DNA of 64,000 bases from an uncultured Acidimicrobiia bacterium (GCA_964600365.1 CAZRJG010000001.1:35435-99434); one strand, 5' to 3'; positions 9,163 to 18,518 are shown, counted from the first letter of the stretch. A program made the numbers and translations. Notes: generated from the sequence alone by a model not told the origin.

Positions 9163-10247
9163 GAGCCCAGCAATCTCGCCTTCTTCTCGTCGATCGCCCG
9201 GAGCATCCCATCGAACGCGTCGGCGAATGCCGTCACGCCCTTCGCCCGGAGGTCGTCGCACACGGCGTCGAGGTCGATGCCGAGTCCGGGAAGGGCAGCG
9301 AGCGCAGCGCGGGCCTCGCCGAGGCCATCGGCGACCGTGCCCGGCGTGACGACGCCGTGGTCCTCGAAGGCGTTGAGGGTGTCGGGTGGGACCGTGTTGA
9401 CCGTCCCGTCCCCAACCAGTTCCTCCACGTACTTCACGTCGGAGTACGCCGGGTTCTTCGCCGACGTGGATGCCCACAGTGGGCGCTGGGGGCGCACACC
9501 GCGTCCCCACATGGCCTCGAAGTCGTCGCCGAACAGCTCGTCGGCCAGGGCGTACACCGCCTTGCAGTTCGCCACGGCGATCGATCCCCTGAGCCCGAGC
9601 GCTGTGTCACTCCCTTCCTCCTCGAGGAGGGAGTCGACCGCGGAGTCGATGCGGGAGATGAAGACCGATGCGACCGAGGCGACGTCGTGGGGCTCTGAGT
9701 TCTGCTCGATGCCGCCGAGAAAGGCGTTGGCGACGGCCTCGTAGTGGGCCAGCGAGAAGATGAGCGTCACGTTCACATTGATCCCCGCCGCGATGAGTTC
9801 AGTGATGGCGGGGAGCCCCTCGGGGGTGGCCGGGACCTTGATCATGAGGTTGGGACGGTCGACGGCTGCCCAAAGGCGCTTCGCATCGGCGGTCGTTCCC
9901 GCGGTGTCGTGGGCGAGGCCGGGGGCCACCTCGAGCGACACGAATCCGTCGGCACCCGACGTCGCCTCGTACACCCCCGCAAAGGCATCACACGCAGCCC
10001 GGATGTCCTCGATCGCGAGCGCTTCGAAGATCTCCATCGCGGTCGCGTCGGGTCGATCGGAGAGGAGCGCGCCGATCGCGTCGTCGTACAGGTCGGAGCC
10101 GCCGATCGCCTTCTCGAAGATCGACGGATTGGAGGTCATGCCGCGCAGTCCCGCATCGATCATTGCGTCCAACTCGCCGGTCTCCATGAGATCCCGGCGG
10201 ATGTAGTCGAGCCAAACGGATTGACCCGCGTCGGCGAGTTCCTGCAT
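9159..10247 (-). CDS. tal: transaldolase
   Basis: ATG at 10247 (MQELADAGQSVWLDYIRRDL). Motifs TSNPSI and LMIKVPATPEG with the active-site Lys. Confidence 0.9.
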   Translation of the reverse strand: MQELADAGQSVWLDYIRRDLMETGELDAMIDAGLRGMTSNPSIFEKAIGGSDLYDDAIGALLSDRPDATAMEIFEALAIEDIRAACDAFAGVYEATSGADGFVSLEVAPGLAHDTAGTTADAKRLWAAVDRPNLMIKVPATPEGLPAITELIAAGINVNVTLIFSLAHYEAVANAFLGGIEQNSEPHDVASVASVFISRIDSAVDSLLEEEGSDTALGLRGSIAVANCKAVYALADELFGDDFEAMWGRGVRPQRPLWASTSAKNPAYSDVKYVEELVGDGTVNTVPPDTLNAFEDHGVVTPGTVADGLGEARAALAALPGLGIDLDAVCDDLRAKGVTAFADAFDGMLRAIDEKKARLLGS

Positions 10248-10353
10248 GGGGTGGCGATCGGACACGTCGGTTCCTCCGGGTCGGTTATGGGACACATGGT
10301 AAAGGCCCCTCGTGGAAGAGTGGCCTGCGCATCCGGCCCGATACGATCGTCCC

Positions 10354-11937
10354 ATGACCTGGGGACCCGAGACCGACGACCTCGCCGAGCGAAAGGCACG
10401 CGCCGCCGAGCTGGGAGGACCCGAACGTGTCGCCCGCCATCGGGACGCCGGGAAACTCACCGTCCGCGAGCGAGTCGATGCCCTCGTCGATCAAGACAGT
10501 TTCCGCGAGATCGGGTCGGTCGCCGGTTTCGCCGAGTACGACGGGCCCGAGATGACTGGGTTCACGCCCGCCAACTTCGTCTTCGGGCGGGCGAGCCTCG
10601 ACGGGCGACCCGTCGTGGTTGCCGGCGACGACTTCACGGTGCGGGGCGGAGCTGCCGACGCGTCGATTTGGAAGAAGATGACGTACTCCGAGGCCTACGC
10701 CCGAGAGCTCCGCATGCCCGTGGTGCGCCTCGTCGATGGTTCCGGCGGCGGAGGGTCGGTGAAGACGTACCTCGGCTGGGGCCGCACCTACGTCCCTCCG
10801 CTCCCCGGTTGGCGCGACCAGATGGAGATCCTCTCGGAGGTCCCGGTCGTCGCCGCGGCCCTCGGATCGGTCGCCGGCCTCGGCGCAGCACGGGTCGCCG
10901 GCTCGCACTTCTCGGTGATGGTCGACGGTATCTCGCAAGTCTTCGTGGCCGGACCGCCCCTCGTGTCGTACGCAGCCCACGAGGAGGTCTCCAAGGAGGA
11001 ACTCGGCGGCGCCTCGATGCAGACGGCGAATGGCACCGTCGACAACCGCGCCGACTCCGAGGAGGACGCGTTCTTCCAACTTCGCCGGTTCCTCTCGTAC
11101 CTCCCTCCCAACGTGTGGGAGGCACCGCCGATCCGGGAATCGACGGATGATCCCGCTCGCCGCGACGAGGGGTTGCTCTCTGCGGTTCCCCGCGATCGTC
11201 GGGACGTCTACGACATCCGCTCGATCATCGGGATGGTCGTCGACCGAGGGGCGTTCTTCGAGATCGGCCGGCACCGGGGACGATCGATCGTCATCGGCCT
11301 CGCCGACCTCGACGGACACCCGGTGGGTATCACCGCCACCGATCCCACCTACCTGGCCGGTGTCCTCACCGCGGACGCGTCCGACAAGCTGCGCCGTTTC
11401 GTCGACCTCTGCGACACGTTCCACCTCCCCATCGTGAACCTCGTCGACCAGCCGGGGTTCGAGATCGGGGTCCGCGCCGAACGGGCGGCCACGCTGCGTC
11501 GGGGTGTCGGCCTGATCGCCGCGCTCTACCAGGCGACGGTGCCGTACTTCTCGGTCATCATCCGCAGGGTGTTCGGCGTCGGGGGTGCGGCGATCGTGGA
11601 TCGTGGGGCCTTCGCCAACATGCGGGTTGCGTGGCCGAGCGGTGACTGGGGATCGCTCCCCCTCGAGGGCGGGATCGAGGCGGCGTACCGTCGGAGACTC
11701 GCCGAGCCGATGATCCCGATGCGCTGCGGGAAGAACTCCTCGCCGAGTTCGCAGATGTGCGATCGCCGTACCGCACCGCGGAGGCGTTCGACATCGAGGA
11801 GGTCATCGACCCCCGTGACACGCGCCCGCTGCTCTGCGAGTGGGTCGCCGACGCCTACCGCCGCCTTCCCCACGACCTCGGGCCAAAGGCCCGTGGCTAC
11901 CGCCCTGAGAGCTACTCGACCGAGTCGGCGCGGATGA
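10354..11937 (+). CDS. acyl-CoA carboxylase carboxyltransferase beta subunit (PccB/AccD-like), apparent frameshift near 11712
   Basis: ATG at 10354 (MTWGPETDDLAERKARAAEL...). Homology runs in frame 1 to ...GGIEAAYRRRLAE, then continues in frame 0 (ADDPDALREELLAEFADVRSPYRTAEAFDIEEVIDPRDTRPLL; ORF 11757-12170). One nucleotide appears to be missing at about 11707-11712. Confidence 0.7.
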   Translation: MTWGPETDDLAERKARAAELGGPERVARHRDAGKLTVRERVDALVDQDSFREIGSVAGFAEYDGPEMTGFTPANFVFGRASLDGRPVVVAGDDFTVRGGAADASIWKKMTYSEAYARELRMPVVRLVDGSGGGGSVKTYLGWGRTYVPPLPGWRDQMEILSEVPVVAAALGSVAGLGAARVAGSHFSVMVDGISQVFVAGPPLVSYAAHEEVSKEELGGASMQTANGTVDNRADSEEDAFFQLRRFLSYLPPNVWEAPPIRESTDDPARRDEGLLSAVPRDRRDVYDIRSIIGMVVDRGAFFEIGRHRGRSIVIGLADLDGHPVGITATDPTYLAGVLTADASDKLRRFVDLCDTFHLPIVNLVDQPGFEIGVRAERAATLRRGVGLIAALYQATVPYFSVIIRRVFGVGGAAIVDRGAFANMRVAWPSGDWGSLPLEGGIEAAYRRRLAEPMIPMRCGKNSSPSSQMCDRRTAPRRRSTSRRSSTPVTRARCSASGSPTPTAAFPTTSGQRPVATALRATRPSRRG

Positions 11938-12367
11938 TGATGGTGGCGCCGAAGAGCGTCACCCCGCCGAGGTGGATCGTCCCCTTCGGGTTCTCCGGGA
12001 GGTCGGCGCCGCGTCGCTCCAACGCGCCGGCGATCGCGCCGTGGTCTGAGATCACGTTCCAATCGCTGGGCACGATGAGTTCGGTCTCGCCGAACACGGT
12101 GAACACGTTCACCTCCGCTCCCGTCGCCGAGAGCGTGGTCGCCGAGAGGTCGACGGTGGACTGCCCGTAGGCGGTGATGATCCCGACCCGACGGAGATCG
12201 GACGCCTGCGAGGCGAAACGGGACTCCTCGAACATCGAAGTGACGTCTGCCTCGGGGGCGTCCGGATCACGGGAGTCGGGGAGTTGGCGCTGGACCAACT
12301 TCGCCACACCCACGAGGAGCACGTTGACGAGGAAGAACCAGCGAATGACCTTGCCGATGAGCTTCAT
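11912..12367 (-). CDS. LiaF-like / DUF2154 membrane-anchored protein (cell-envelope stress module)
   Basis: N-terminal TM helix (MKLIGKVIRWFFLVNVLLVGVA), then a beta-rich repeat region. Lies directly downstream of the NarL-type response regulator. Confidence 0.6.
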   Translation of the reverse strand: MKLIGKVIRWFFLVNVLLVGVAKLVQRQLPDSRDPDAPEADVTSMFEESRFASQASDLRRVGIITAYGQSTVDLSATTLSATGAEVNVFTVFGETELIVPSDWNVISDHGAIAGALERRGADLPENPKGTIHLGGVTLFGATIIIRADSVE

Positions 12368-12392
12368 GGCACCAACGCTAGTGACTCGTGGC

Positions 12393-13025
12393 TCACACGA
12401 TCCGGTGGTCGGTCGCCCAGCGGGCGAGTTCGTGCCGGCTCGACAACTGCAGCTTGCGGAGGACCGAGGAGACGTGGCTCTCCACGGTCTTCACCGAGAT
12501 CTCCAGTCGCCGCGCCACCTGCTTGTAGGCGTAGCCCCGGGCGATGAGCCTGAGCACCTCCCGCTCCCGCGGCGTGAGTTGGTCGAGTTCCTCATCGTCC
12601 ACCTGCACGGGCGTCCCCGCAAACGCGTCGAGGACGAACCCGGCGAGGCGGGGAGAGAAGACCGCATCGCCGGCAGCGACGCGACGCACCGCATCGGAGA
12701 GCTCATCGGGTTGGATGGACTTTGTCACGTATCCCCTGGCCCCGGCGCGGATCATGGCGATCACGTCCTCGGGTGCGTCGGAGACCGAGAGGGCGAGGAA
12801 CCGGGTGTCGGGGTGGGTCTCGAGCACGTTGCCGACGACGGCGAGGCCACCGCCCCCCGGCATGTGGACGTCGACGAGGACCACGTCGGGCTGCGCGGCC
12901 CGGATCTGGTCGATGGCGTCATCCACGTCGGAGGCGGTGCCAACGACCTCGAACCCTTCCTCGAGCTCGGCGCGCACGCCGGCGAGGAACAGCTGATGGT
13001 CGTCAACGAGGAACAGGGAGGTCAT
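12393..13025 (-). CDS. NarL/LuxR-family response regulator (LiaR-like)
   Basis: Receiver domain (LVDDHQLF...DVVLVDVHMPGGGG) and C-terminal LuxR helix-turn-helix (LTPREREVLRLIARGYAYKQVARRLEISVKTVESH). Confidence 0.9.
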   Translation of the reverse strand: MTSLFLVDDHQLFLAGVRAELEEGFEVVGTASDVDDAIDQIRAAQPDVVLVDVHMPGGGGLAVVGNVLETHPDTRFLALSVSDAPEDVIAMIRAGARGYVTKSIQPDELSDAVRRVAAGDAVFSPRLAGFVLDAFAGTPVQVDDEELDQLTPREREVLRLIARGYAYKQVARRLEISVKTVESHVSSVLRKLQLSSRHELARWATDHRIV

Positions 13026-14239
13026 GCTGGAGGTCCTTCGGTGTCGGGGAGGTCGATGGGGAGTCTGATGATCACTTCGGTGCCTTCACCGGGTTCGGAG
13101 TCGATGGTCGCAGATCCCCCATGGCGTTCCATTCGTCCAACGATCGAGTCGACGACGCCACGGCGATCGCCGGCGATCTCTCCCACCACGAACCCGGATC
13201 CCTGGTCGGTCACGAAGACCTCGATCGCCTCGCCCGTGTGCTCGGCGTACACGCTCACCCGGTCGGCACCGGAGTGCTTGGCGGCGTTCGTCATCGCCTC
13301 ACCGGCAGCGCCCACGAGGGCGTTCAGCGAGGCATCCATCGGGAAGTCGTTCACCACGATCACCTCGACCGGGATCCGCAGGTCGCGCTCCACCCTGCCG
13401 GCAACTGCCTGAAGGGCATCGGAGAGCCGCTGGTGGCCCGATGCACGGTCCCCGTAGAGCCAGTCGCGCAACTCCCGCTCCTGGCCGCGGGCGAGCACCG
13501 TCATCTCTTTCGGATCGTCCGTGCGCTGGATGAGGGCGAGCGTCTGGAGCACCGAGTCATGGAGGTGGGCTGCCACCTCGGCGCGCTCCTCCGAACGGAT
13601 GCGCTCCCGGCGCTCACTCGTGAGGTCCGCGCCGAGCCGATAGACGAAGCGGCCGAACACGAGCCCGAACCCGGCGAGGACGGCGACCAGGCCCAAGGCT
13701 GCGCCACCGAACCGGGACACGTCCTCGGGGCTGAGGCCGCTCAGGGCCCATGCGCCGCCGATCATCAGCGCCCCGCCGACGACCACCTGTCCGATCGCCG
13801 GGCGCTCGGCGGGGTTCGCCCAGCTCGGGGTCCCGCCCTCACGGTCCCACACGGCGGCGACTCCCATGATCACGAACGCCATCGGCCACACGAACACATC
13901 GCCCAGCCACAGGCCCAGCCCGCGCATGAGGAAGAGCAAGCCGACCACGATGGCGGCGAGACCGAGCTTCTGGCGGGATGTGGCCTCTGCCACCGGCCTC
14001 TCCACCGTGCGCCCGCTCTCCACCGCGCCACCCCACATGAGGAGGTAGAGCACGAGGCCGAGGCCACCGGCAGGGAGCAGGGCGAGGAAGGCCGCCCGCA
14101 CGAGGAGCGGGCGCACGCCGAGGCGTTCGGCGAGGCCAGCGGCCACCCCGGCGATCTCACGGGAGGTCGCACTCCGCGCCGGGCGCACGATCGCGGTGAG
14201 CGAGCCGCGCTGGGGGATGGCCGTTTCCATGTGGGTCAT
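13022..14239 (-). CDS. sensor histidine kinase (HisKA_3/LiaS type) with N-terminal PspC domain
   Basis: PspC-like N-terminus (REIAGVAAGLAERLGVRPLLVRAAFLALLPAGGLGLVLYLLMW). Four TM helices. H-box AAHLHDSVLQTLALI. HATPase_c region. Start taken at 14239 (MTHMETAIP); 14230 or 14257 also possible. Confidence 0.8.
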   Translation of the reverse strand: MTHMETAIPQRGSLTAIVRPARSATSREIAGVAAGLAERLGVRPLLVRAAFLALLPAGGLGLVLYLLMWGGAVESGRTVERPVAEATSRQKLGLAAIVVGLLFLMRGLGLWLGDVFVWPMAFVIMGVAAVWDREGGTPSWANPAERPAIGQVVVGGALMIGGAWALSGLSPEDVSRFGGAALGLVAVLAGFGLVFGRFVYRLGADLTSERRERIRSEERAEVAAHLHDSVLQTLALIQRTDDPKEMTVLARGQERELRDWLYGDRASGHQRLSDALQAVAGRVERDLRIPVEVIVVNDFPMDASLNALVGAAGEAMTNAAKHSGADRVSVYAEHTGEAIEVFVTDQGSGFVVGEIAGDRRGVVDSIVGRMERHGGSATIDSEPGEGTEVIIRLPIDLPDTEGPPA

Positions 14240-14323
14240 GGTCGCAGAACGGCCCATCGGCAACAATGAGGGCGAACCCTGACGCGCCCCTGAGACCTCG
14301 GGGTAGGGAGCGGGAGATCCCCA

Positions 14324-15595
14324 ATGGAAGACCGTCCCGACACATGGCCCAATGAGGACATGACGGAACAGACCACACCCCAGTCGGAGGCCCCCGAGGC
14401 CCCGCAGGCCCCTGAGGCCACCCCGCACGAGGCGCCGCATCGTCGGCGGCTCGAGCGCCGTGAAGAGGGAAAGTGGATCGCTGGCGTGTCGACGGGCTTG
14501 GCGGAGTACTTCGCCGTGCCGGTCTGGCTCGTCCGGATCCTCTTCCTCTTCCTCCTGCCCGCCGGCGGTACAGCGATCTTCTTGTACCTCGCCCTCGTCG
14601 TCTTCATGCCGACCGAGTTCGAGGATGAGTCGCTCGCTGAGCGCTGGTTCGGCTCATTCAACGTCGACGGCAACCGGGAACGGACCATCGGAATCGGGCT
14701 CGCTGCCATCGCTGGCATCGTGCTGCTTGCATCGGCCACCTCCCTGGACGGGGGCGTCATCGTGGCGCTCGCCCTCCTCGGCGTCGGCGTGATCCTCTAC
14801 CAGGGCGGCCCCGGCCGCTCGGAGGGCCCCCCCGCCGCTCCCGTGGCAGAAGACGCCCTGGACGGCGATGGCGGCGCAGTCGACACCGGCGACGAGGCAC
14901 GTCCGCCCCGTCCCCCGACCCCACCGACTGCCCGCCGGCCCCGCGAACCCCGCCAGCCGAAGGCTCCGAAGCCACGCCAGCCGAAGTCGAACCTGTTCGC
15001 CTACACCTTTGCCGCCATCCTCTTCGCAGAGGCCGGCCTTGCGACCCTCGACATCATCGGCGTGCTCTACCCGGATGCCTTCCACTACGTCGCGCTCTCG
15101 GTCGCAATCGTGGGCACCGGCCTGCTCGTGGGTGCCTGGCGGGGGCGGTCCCGCGGCCTGTTCTTCCTCGGCCTTGCGTTGCTCCCGTTCCTCGGGGTGA
15201 CCTGGGTGACGGGCAACGTCGACCAGATCGTCGCCGAATGGGAGGCCGACAACCCGAACATCCTCCGCGACGCAGTCGTCATCGTCGATGACGTCACCGG
15301 CCTCGAGCGCATCGACCTCGGCGTCGGTGAGGCAACCATCGACCTGTCCGACACCACGTTCACCGGTGATGCGGAGTTGCGGGTCACGATGGATGCCGGC
15401 CAGCTCACCGTCATCGTCCCCGATGACGTCCGGGTCCGTGCGAGCGTCGAACTCGGCGCCATCGACGGACCGGGGGGAGCCGACTCGGAGGGCATCGACG
15501 TGGACCGCACCTTCGGCCCGTCGCTCGCCGACGCCGACGCCTACGTCCGAGTGAGCCTCGACATCGGCGAACTCATCATCGAAGAAGGAGACTGA
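14324..15595 (+). CDS. PspC-domain membrane protein with a beta-rich C-terminal domain
   Basis: RREEGKWIAGVSTGLAEYFAVPVWLVRILFLFLLPAGGTAIFLYLALVVFMP is a PspC domain. Divergent from the PspC-histidine kinase. Confidence 0.8.
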   Translation: MEDRPDTWPNEDMTEQTTPQSEAPEAPQAPEATPHEAPHRRRLERREEGKWIAGVSTGLAEYFAVPVWLVRILFLFLLPAGGTAIFLYLALVVFMPTEFEDESLAERWFGSFNVDGNRERTIGIGLAAIAGIVLLASATSLDGGVIVALALLGVGVILYQGGPGRSEGPPAAPVAEDALDGDGGAVDTGDEARPPRPPTPPTARRPREPRQPKAPKPRQPKSNLFAYTFAAILFAEAGLATLDIIGVLYPDAFHYVALSVAIVGTGLLVGAWRGRSRGLFFLGLALLPFLGVTWVTGNVDQIVAEWEADNPNILRDAVVIVDDVTGLERIDLGVGEATIDLSDTTFTGDAELRVTMDAGQLTVIVPDDVRVRASVELGAIDGPGGADSEGIDVDRTFGPSLADADAYVRVSLDIGELIIEEGD

Positions 15596-15600
15596 TCACC

Positions 15601-15852
15601 ATGCATGCACACGACACGGACTGGTTCTCCCTCGTCTCGGGGGCGTTCTTCCTCCTCATCGGCGTCGGGGCCATCGTCTCTGCAGAGACGGGCCTCTGGT
15701 TCGACGGCCGATGGATCGGCCCGACGGTCCTCGCGCTGCTCGCGGCAGGGATCGTGGCCGGGATCCGCAGGCGGGACGAGGCCCCGACGGTCGAGGCCCT
15801 CTCCCCCGAGGAGCAACAGGCCATGGAGGAGCTCCCCGTTCCCCCGCAGTAG
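15601..15852 (+). CDS. small membrane protein (two TM helices), co-transcribed with the PspC gene
   Basis: GAAGGAG Shine-Dalgarno sequence 6 nt upstream of ATG 15601. Hydrophobic. Confidence 0.55.
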   Translation: MHAHDTDWFSLVSGAFFLLIGVGAIVSAETGLWFDGRWIGPTVLALLAAGIVAGIRRRDEAPTVEALSPEEQQAMEELPVPPQ

Positions 15853-15865
15853 CGACGCCTCCCCC

Positions 15866-15906
15866 ACGTGGCTGGGCCCCGGACCCCGTCCGGGGCCCAG
15901 CCACGT
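15866..15906. terminator. bidirectional terminator hairpin (17-bp perfect stem)
   Basis: acgtggctgggccccgg-accccgt-ccggggcccagccacgt between convergent genes. Overlaps the lhgO stop codon. Confidence 0.7.
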
Positions 15907-17117
15907 CAGGATGGAACTGCGTCTGCGATGCGCTCTGCGATCGCGAGCGAGGAGGTCGCCGCTGGGCTCGGGGCGTTGCGGACGGCGACCACGCCTTCGA
16001 GCACCGAGATCCTGAAGTCGTCCACGAGGCTCCCATCCCGGTCGAGCGCCTGCGCGCGCACTCCGGCGGGCGCAGGGAGCAGGTCCCCGGGCTCGAGATC
16101 GGGGACGTACCGCGCTGCATCCCGCGCGTAGGCACGCACCGAAAGGGACCGCACCAACTCATCGACCCCTGCCCGCCAGTGGCGGGCGACGAGGCGCCAC
16201 ATCCCCGGCCACCGGAGCATGTCGGCGATGTCCCTCACGTCGATGTCCCCCCACGTGTACCCGTGCCGGGAGAGGGCGAGCAGGGCGTTGGGCCCCACGA
16301 GCACCTCTCCTCCGACCGTCCTTGTGAAGTGGACGCCGAGGAAGGGGTATTGGAGGTCTGGCACCGGGTAGATGAGTCCGTTCACGAGCGACTCCCGGCC
16401 CGGCCGAAGCCGGTGGTACTCACCTCGGAACGGGACGATCCGCGGACCCCGATCGTCTCCGGCGGCCTGGGCGAGTCGATCGGATTGGGCACCGGCGGCA
16501 AGCACGACCAGGCCCGCATGCAGGTGCCCGACGCTCGTTGCCACCCGGACTCCGCCACCGCTTCGATCGAAGTCGCGTACCTCGACCCCGGTGTGCGTGC
16601 TCCCTCCCCGGAACTCGATGTCCTCTGCGAGCGCGGAGACGACCGCGCCGTAGTCGGTGATGCCGGTGTGCGGAGACCACAACGCCCGGTGCCCGGTGGC
16701 TGCCGGTTCCAACTCGCGGATTCCTGCGGCATCGACCATTTCGAGGTCGGGGACCCCGTTGGTCGTGGCCCGACGGTGGAGTTCCTCGAGCGCGGGCACC
16801 TCCGAGCGGTCGAGTGCAATCACGAGCTTCCCGCACTCCTCGAAGGCAATACCGTGGGCGGCGGTGAACTCGGCGAGCAGTCCAACGCCACGACGACAGA
16901 GCATCGCTTTCTCCGAACCGGGCGCGTAGTAGATCCCCGCATGCACGACACCCGAGTTGTGGCCGGTCTGGTGGAACCCGAACACCTGCTCCCGCTCGAC
17001 GACCGCAACCCGGGCGCCGGGACGCCGGAGCAGCAACTCGCGGGCGGTGGCGAGCCCGACGATGCCCCCGCCGACGACGACGATGTCAGCTTCGGTGGGC
17101 AGGGCCTGGGACGTCAC
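15906..17117 (-). CDS. lhgO: L-2-hydroxyglutarate oxidase (LhgO-like FAD-dependent oxidoreductase)
   Basis: N-terminal FAD fold DIVVVGGGIVGLATAREL. C-terminal VRNAPSPAATSSLAIAERI, typical of the LhgO family. Confidence 0.75.
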   Translation of the reverse strand: MTSQALPTEADIVVVGGGIVGLATARELLLRRPGARVAVVEREQVFGFHQTGHNSGVVHAGIYYAPGSEKAMLCRRGVGLLAEFTAAHGIAFEECGKLVIALDRSEVPALEELHRRATTNGVPDLEMVDAAGIRELEPAATGHRALWSPHTGITDYGAVVSALAEDIEFRGGSTHTGVEVRDFDRSGGGVRVATSVGHLHAGLVVLAAGAQSDRLAQAAGDDRGPRIVPFRGEYHRLRPGRESLVNGLIYPVPDLQYPFLGVHFTRTVGGEVLVGPNALLALSRHGYTWGDIDVRDIADMLRWPGMWRLVARHWRAGVDELVRSLSVRAYARDAARYVPDLEPGDLLPAPAGVRAQALDRDGSLVDDFRISVLEGVVAVRNAPSPAATSSLAIAERIADAVPS

Positions 17118-17142
17118 GGGTCGATCGTACGACGAGCAGACG

Positions 17143-17184
17143 GGATGGGCGAAGGGAGGAGGTGCAGTCGCCCTTCGCCCATCC
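17143..17184. terminator. terminator hairpin downstream of the E2-like gene
   Basis: ggatgggcgaaggg ... cccttcgcccatcc. 14-bp stem. Confidence 0.55.
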
Positions 17185-18453
17185 CTAGGTCAGTTCCTGC
17201 TCCCACGCCCAGGACTCGAGGTTCTCGCGAACCCTCTGCAGGAATGTCAGGGCACTGGCGGTCGTGAGGGTCCCCCCTGTCCACGCGAGCCCGAGGTGAC
17301 CGATCGCGCGGATCGCCAGCGACTCCTCCCCCGTCGGTCCGGTGACGACCGTCGGCCGCCGACGCACTGCGTCGATGACGAGGACCGGGGCACTGGTCCC
17401 CAGTGCGGGGATGGAGCGCGACGACCCGAGGGCGCCCGGGTGGGCGAGGACGAGACCAACGGCGCCGTCGGTCGGTTCGAGCGACTCGAGGCGGCGGGCG
17501 AGGCCCTCGAGGCGAAGGTCGTCTGCGTCGGGCACCACTGCGATTGCCTCCTCGGCTCCCACGACACATCCGATGGGACCGTCGATCCCGTCGACGTGGC
17601 GGATGGCGTCGAGCGCCGCACGGGCGACGAAGGGCAGGACCGAGAGGCCCGGTCGGCCACCACGAAGACGTTCGATCCGCTCGAATCCCACCTCGACCTC
17701 GGCGAATCCCCGAGCGCTGGACGGTGCAGCAGCGGGAGCGGGGGGACCGCTGGCGGCCGTCGCAGGAGTGCTGACAGGCGGGTTGGCGAGGAAGTCCTCC
17801 ACATCGGCGCGGGTGAGGCGCCCGCCCGTCCCGGTCGCAGGGACCTCGCCCGGCCGGAGCCCTTGCTCGGAGAGCAGCCGGGCAACTGCGGGCGTGAGGA
17901 CCTCCCCACGATCGATGGTGCTCGGGGCCCCGGATGCCACGGGAGCAGGGGTCGGCTCGGCTGGAGGCGCAGGGGCCGGAACGTCCAGCACGGCGAGGAC
18001 ATCTGCCTTCGTGATTCGACCGTCGCGTCCCGTGCCCTCCATGTCGGACAGGTCGAGGTCGTGCTCGGCGGCGAGTCGCCGCACCACCGGGGAGAGTCGG
18101 TCACCCGATGGGAGCGCCGCCGTGACCGTCGGCTTCGGCGCAGAGGCTGCAGGACTCGGGGTCGCCGCGGGCTCGGGTGCGGACACCGGGGCCGTGGAGG
18201 TCGACCGCTCCTCCTCGTCGCCCGAGATGATCGCAATCGGGGCACCGACGTCGACCGTCTCGCCCTCTGCGACGAGGAGCTCGATGATCGTGCCGGCGGT
18301 GGGGCTGGGGACCTCGGTGTCCACCTTGTCGGTGGCGATCTCGAGGAGGACATCACCCTCCCCGACCGTGTCGCCAACCTGCTTCGCCCACCGCAGGACC
18401 GTTCCGTCGGCGACCGTCTCCCCAAGCTGCGGCATGCGGATGGTGGTGGCCAT
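17185..18453 (-). CDS. E2-like lipoyl-domain protein: one lipoyl domain, two peripheral-subunit-binding domains, degenerate acyltransferase domain
   Basis: ATG at 18453 (MATTIRMPQLGETV...EIATDKV, lipoyl-Lys). Two peripheral-subunit-binding domains (LSPVVRRLAAEHDLDL..GRITKADV and LTPAVARLLSEQGL..GRLTRADV). C-terminal domain lacks the DHRxxDG catalytic motif; the position reads AWTGGTLTT. Confidence 0.75.
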   Translation of the reverse strand: MATTIRMPQLGETVADGTVLRWAKQVGDTVGEGDVLLEIATDKVDTEVPSPTAGTIIELLVAEGETVDVGAPIAIISGDEEERSTSTAPVSAPEPAATPSPAASAPKPTVTAALPSGDRLSPVVRRLAAEHDLDLSDMEGTGRDGRITKADVLAVLDVPAPAPPAEPTPAPVASGAPSTIDRGEVLTPAVARLLSEQGLRPGEVPATGTGGRLTRADVEDFLANPPVSTPATAASGPPAPAAAPSSARGFAEVEVGFERIERLRGGRPGLSVLPFVARAALDAIRHVDGIDGPIGCVVGAEEAIAVVPDADDLRLEGLARRLESLEPTDGAVGLVLAHPGALGSSRSIPALGTSAPVLVIDAVRRRPTVVTGPTGEESLAIRAIGHLGLAWTGGTLTTASALTFLQRVRENLESWAWEQELT

Positions 18454-18471
18454 GCGTGACTCCTTGCGAAT

Positions 18472-18485
18472 TGCAATCGTTTGTA
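18472..18485. promoter_or_regulatory. LacI-family operator-like site (TGCAATCGTTTGTA)
   Basis: In the divergent intergenic region between the E2-like gene (start 18453) and the CMD gene (start 18519). Confidence 0.5.
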
Positions 18486-18518
18486 GCAGACTCCGGGGCC
18501 CCACGCAACGGAGGAGAC

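Noticed and set aside
12722-14269. 515-aa ORF antisense to the histidine kinase
   Set aside because: Antisense artifact. His/Arg-rich.
15711-17267. 518-aa ORF antisense to lhgO
   Set aside because: Antisense GC-frame artifact. No domain-like sequence.
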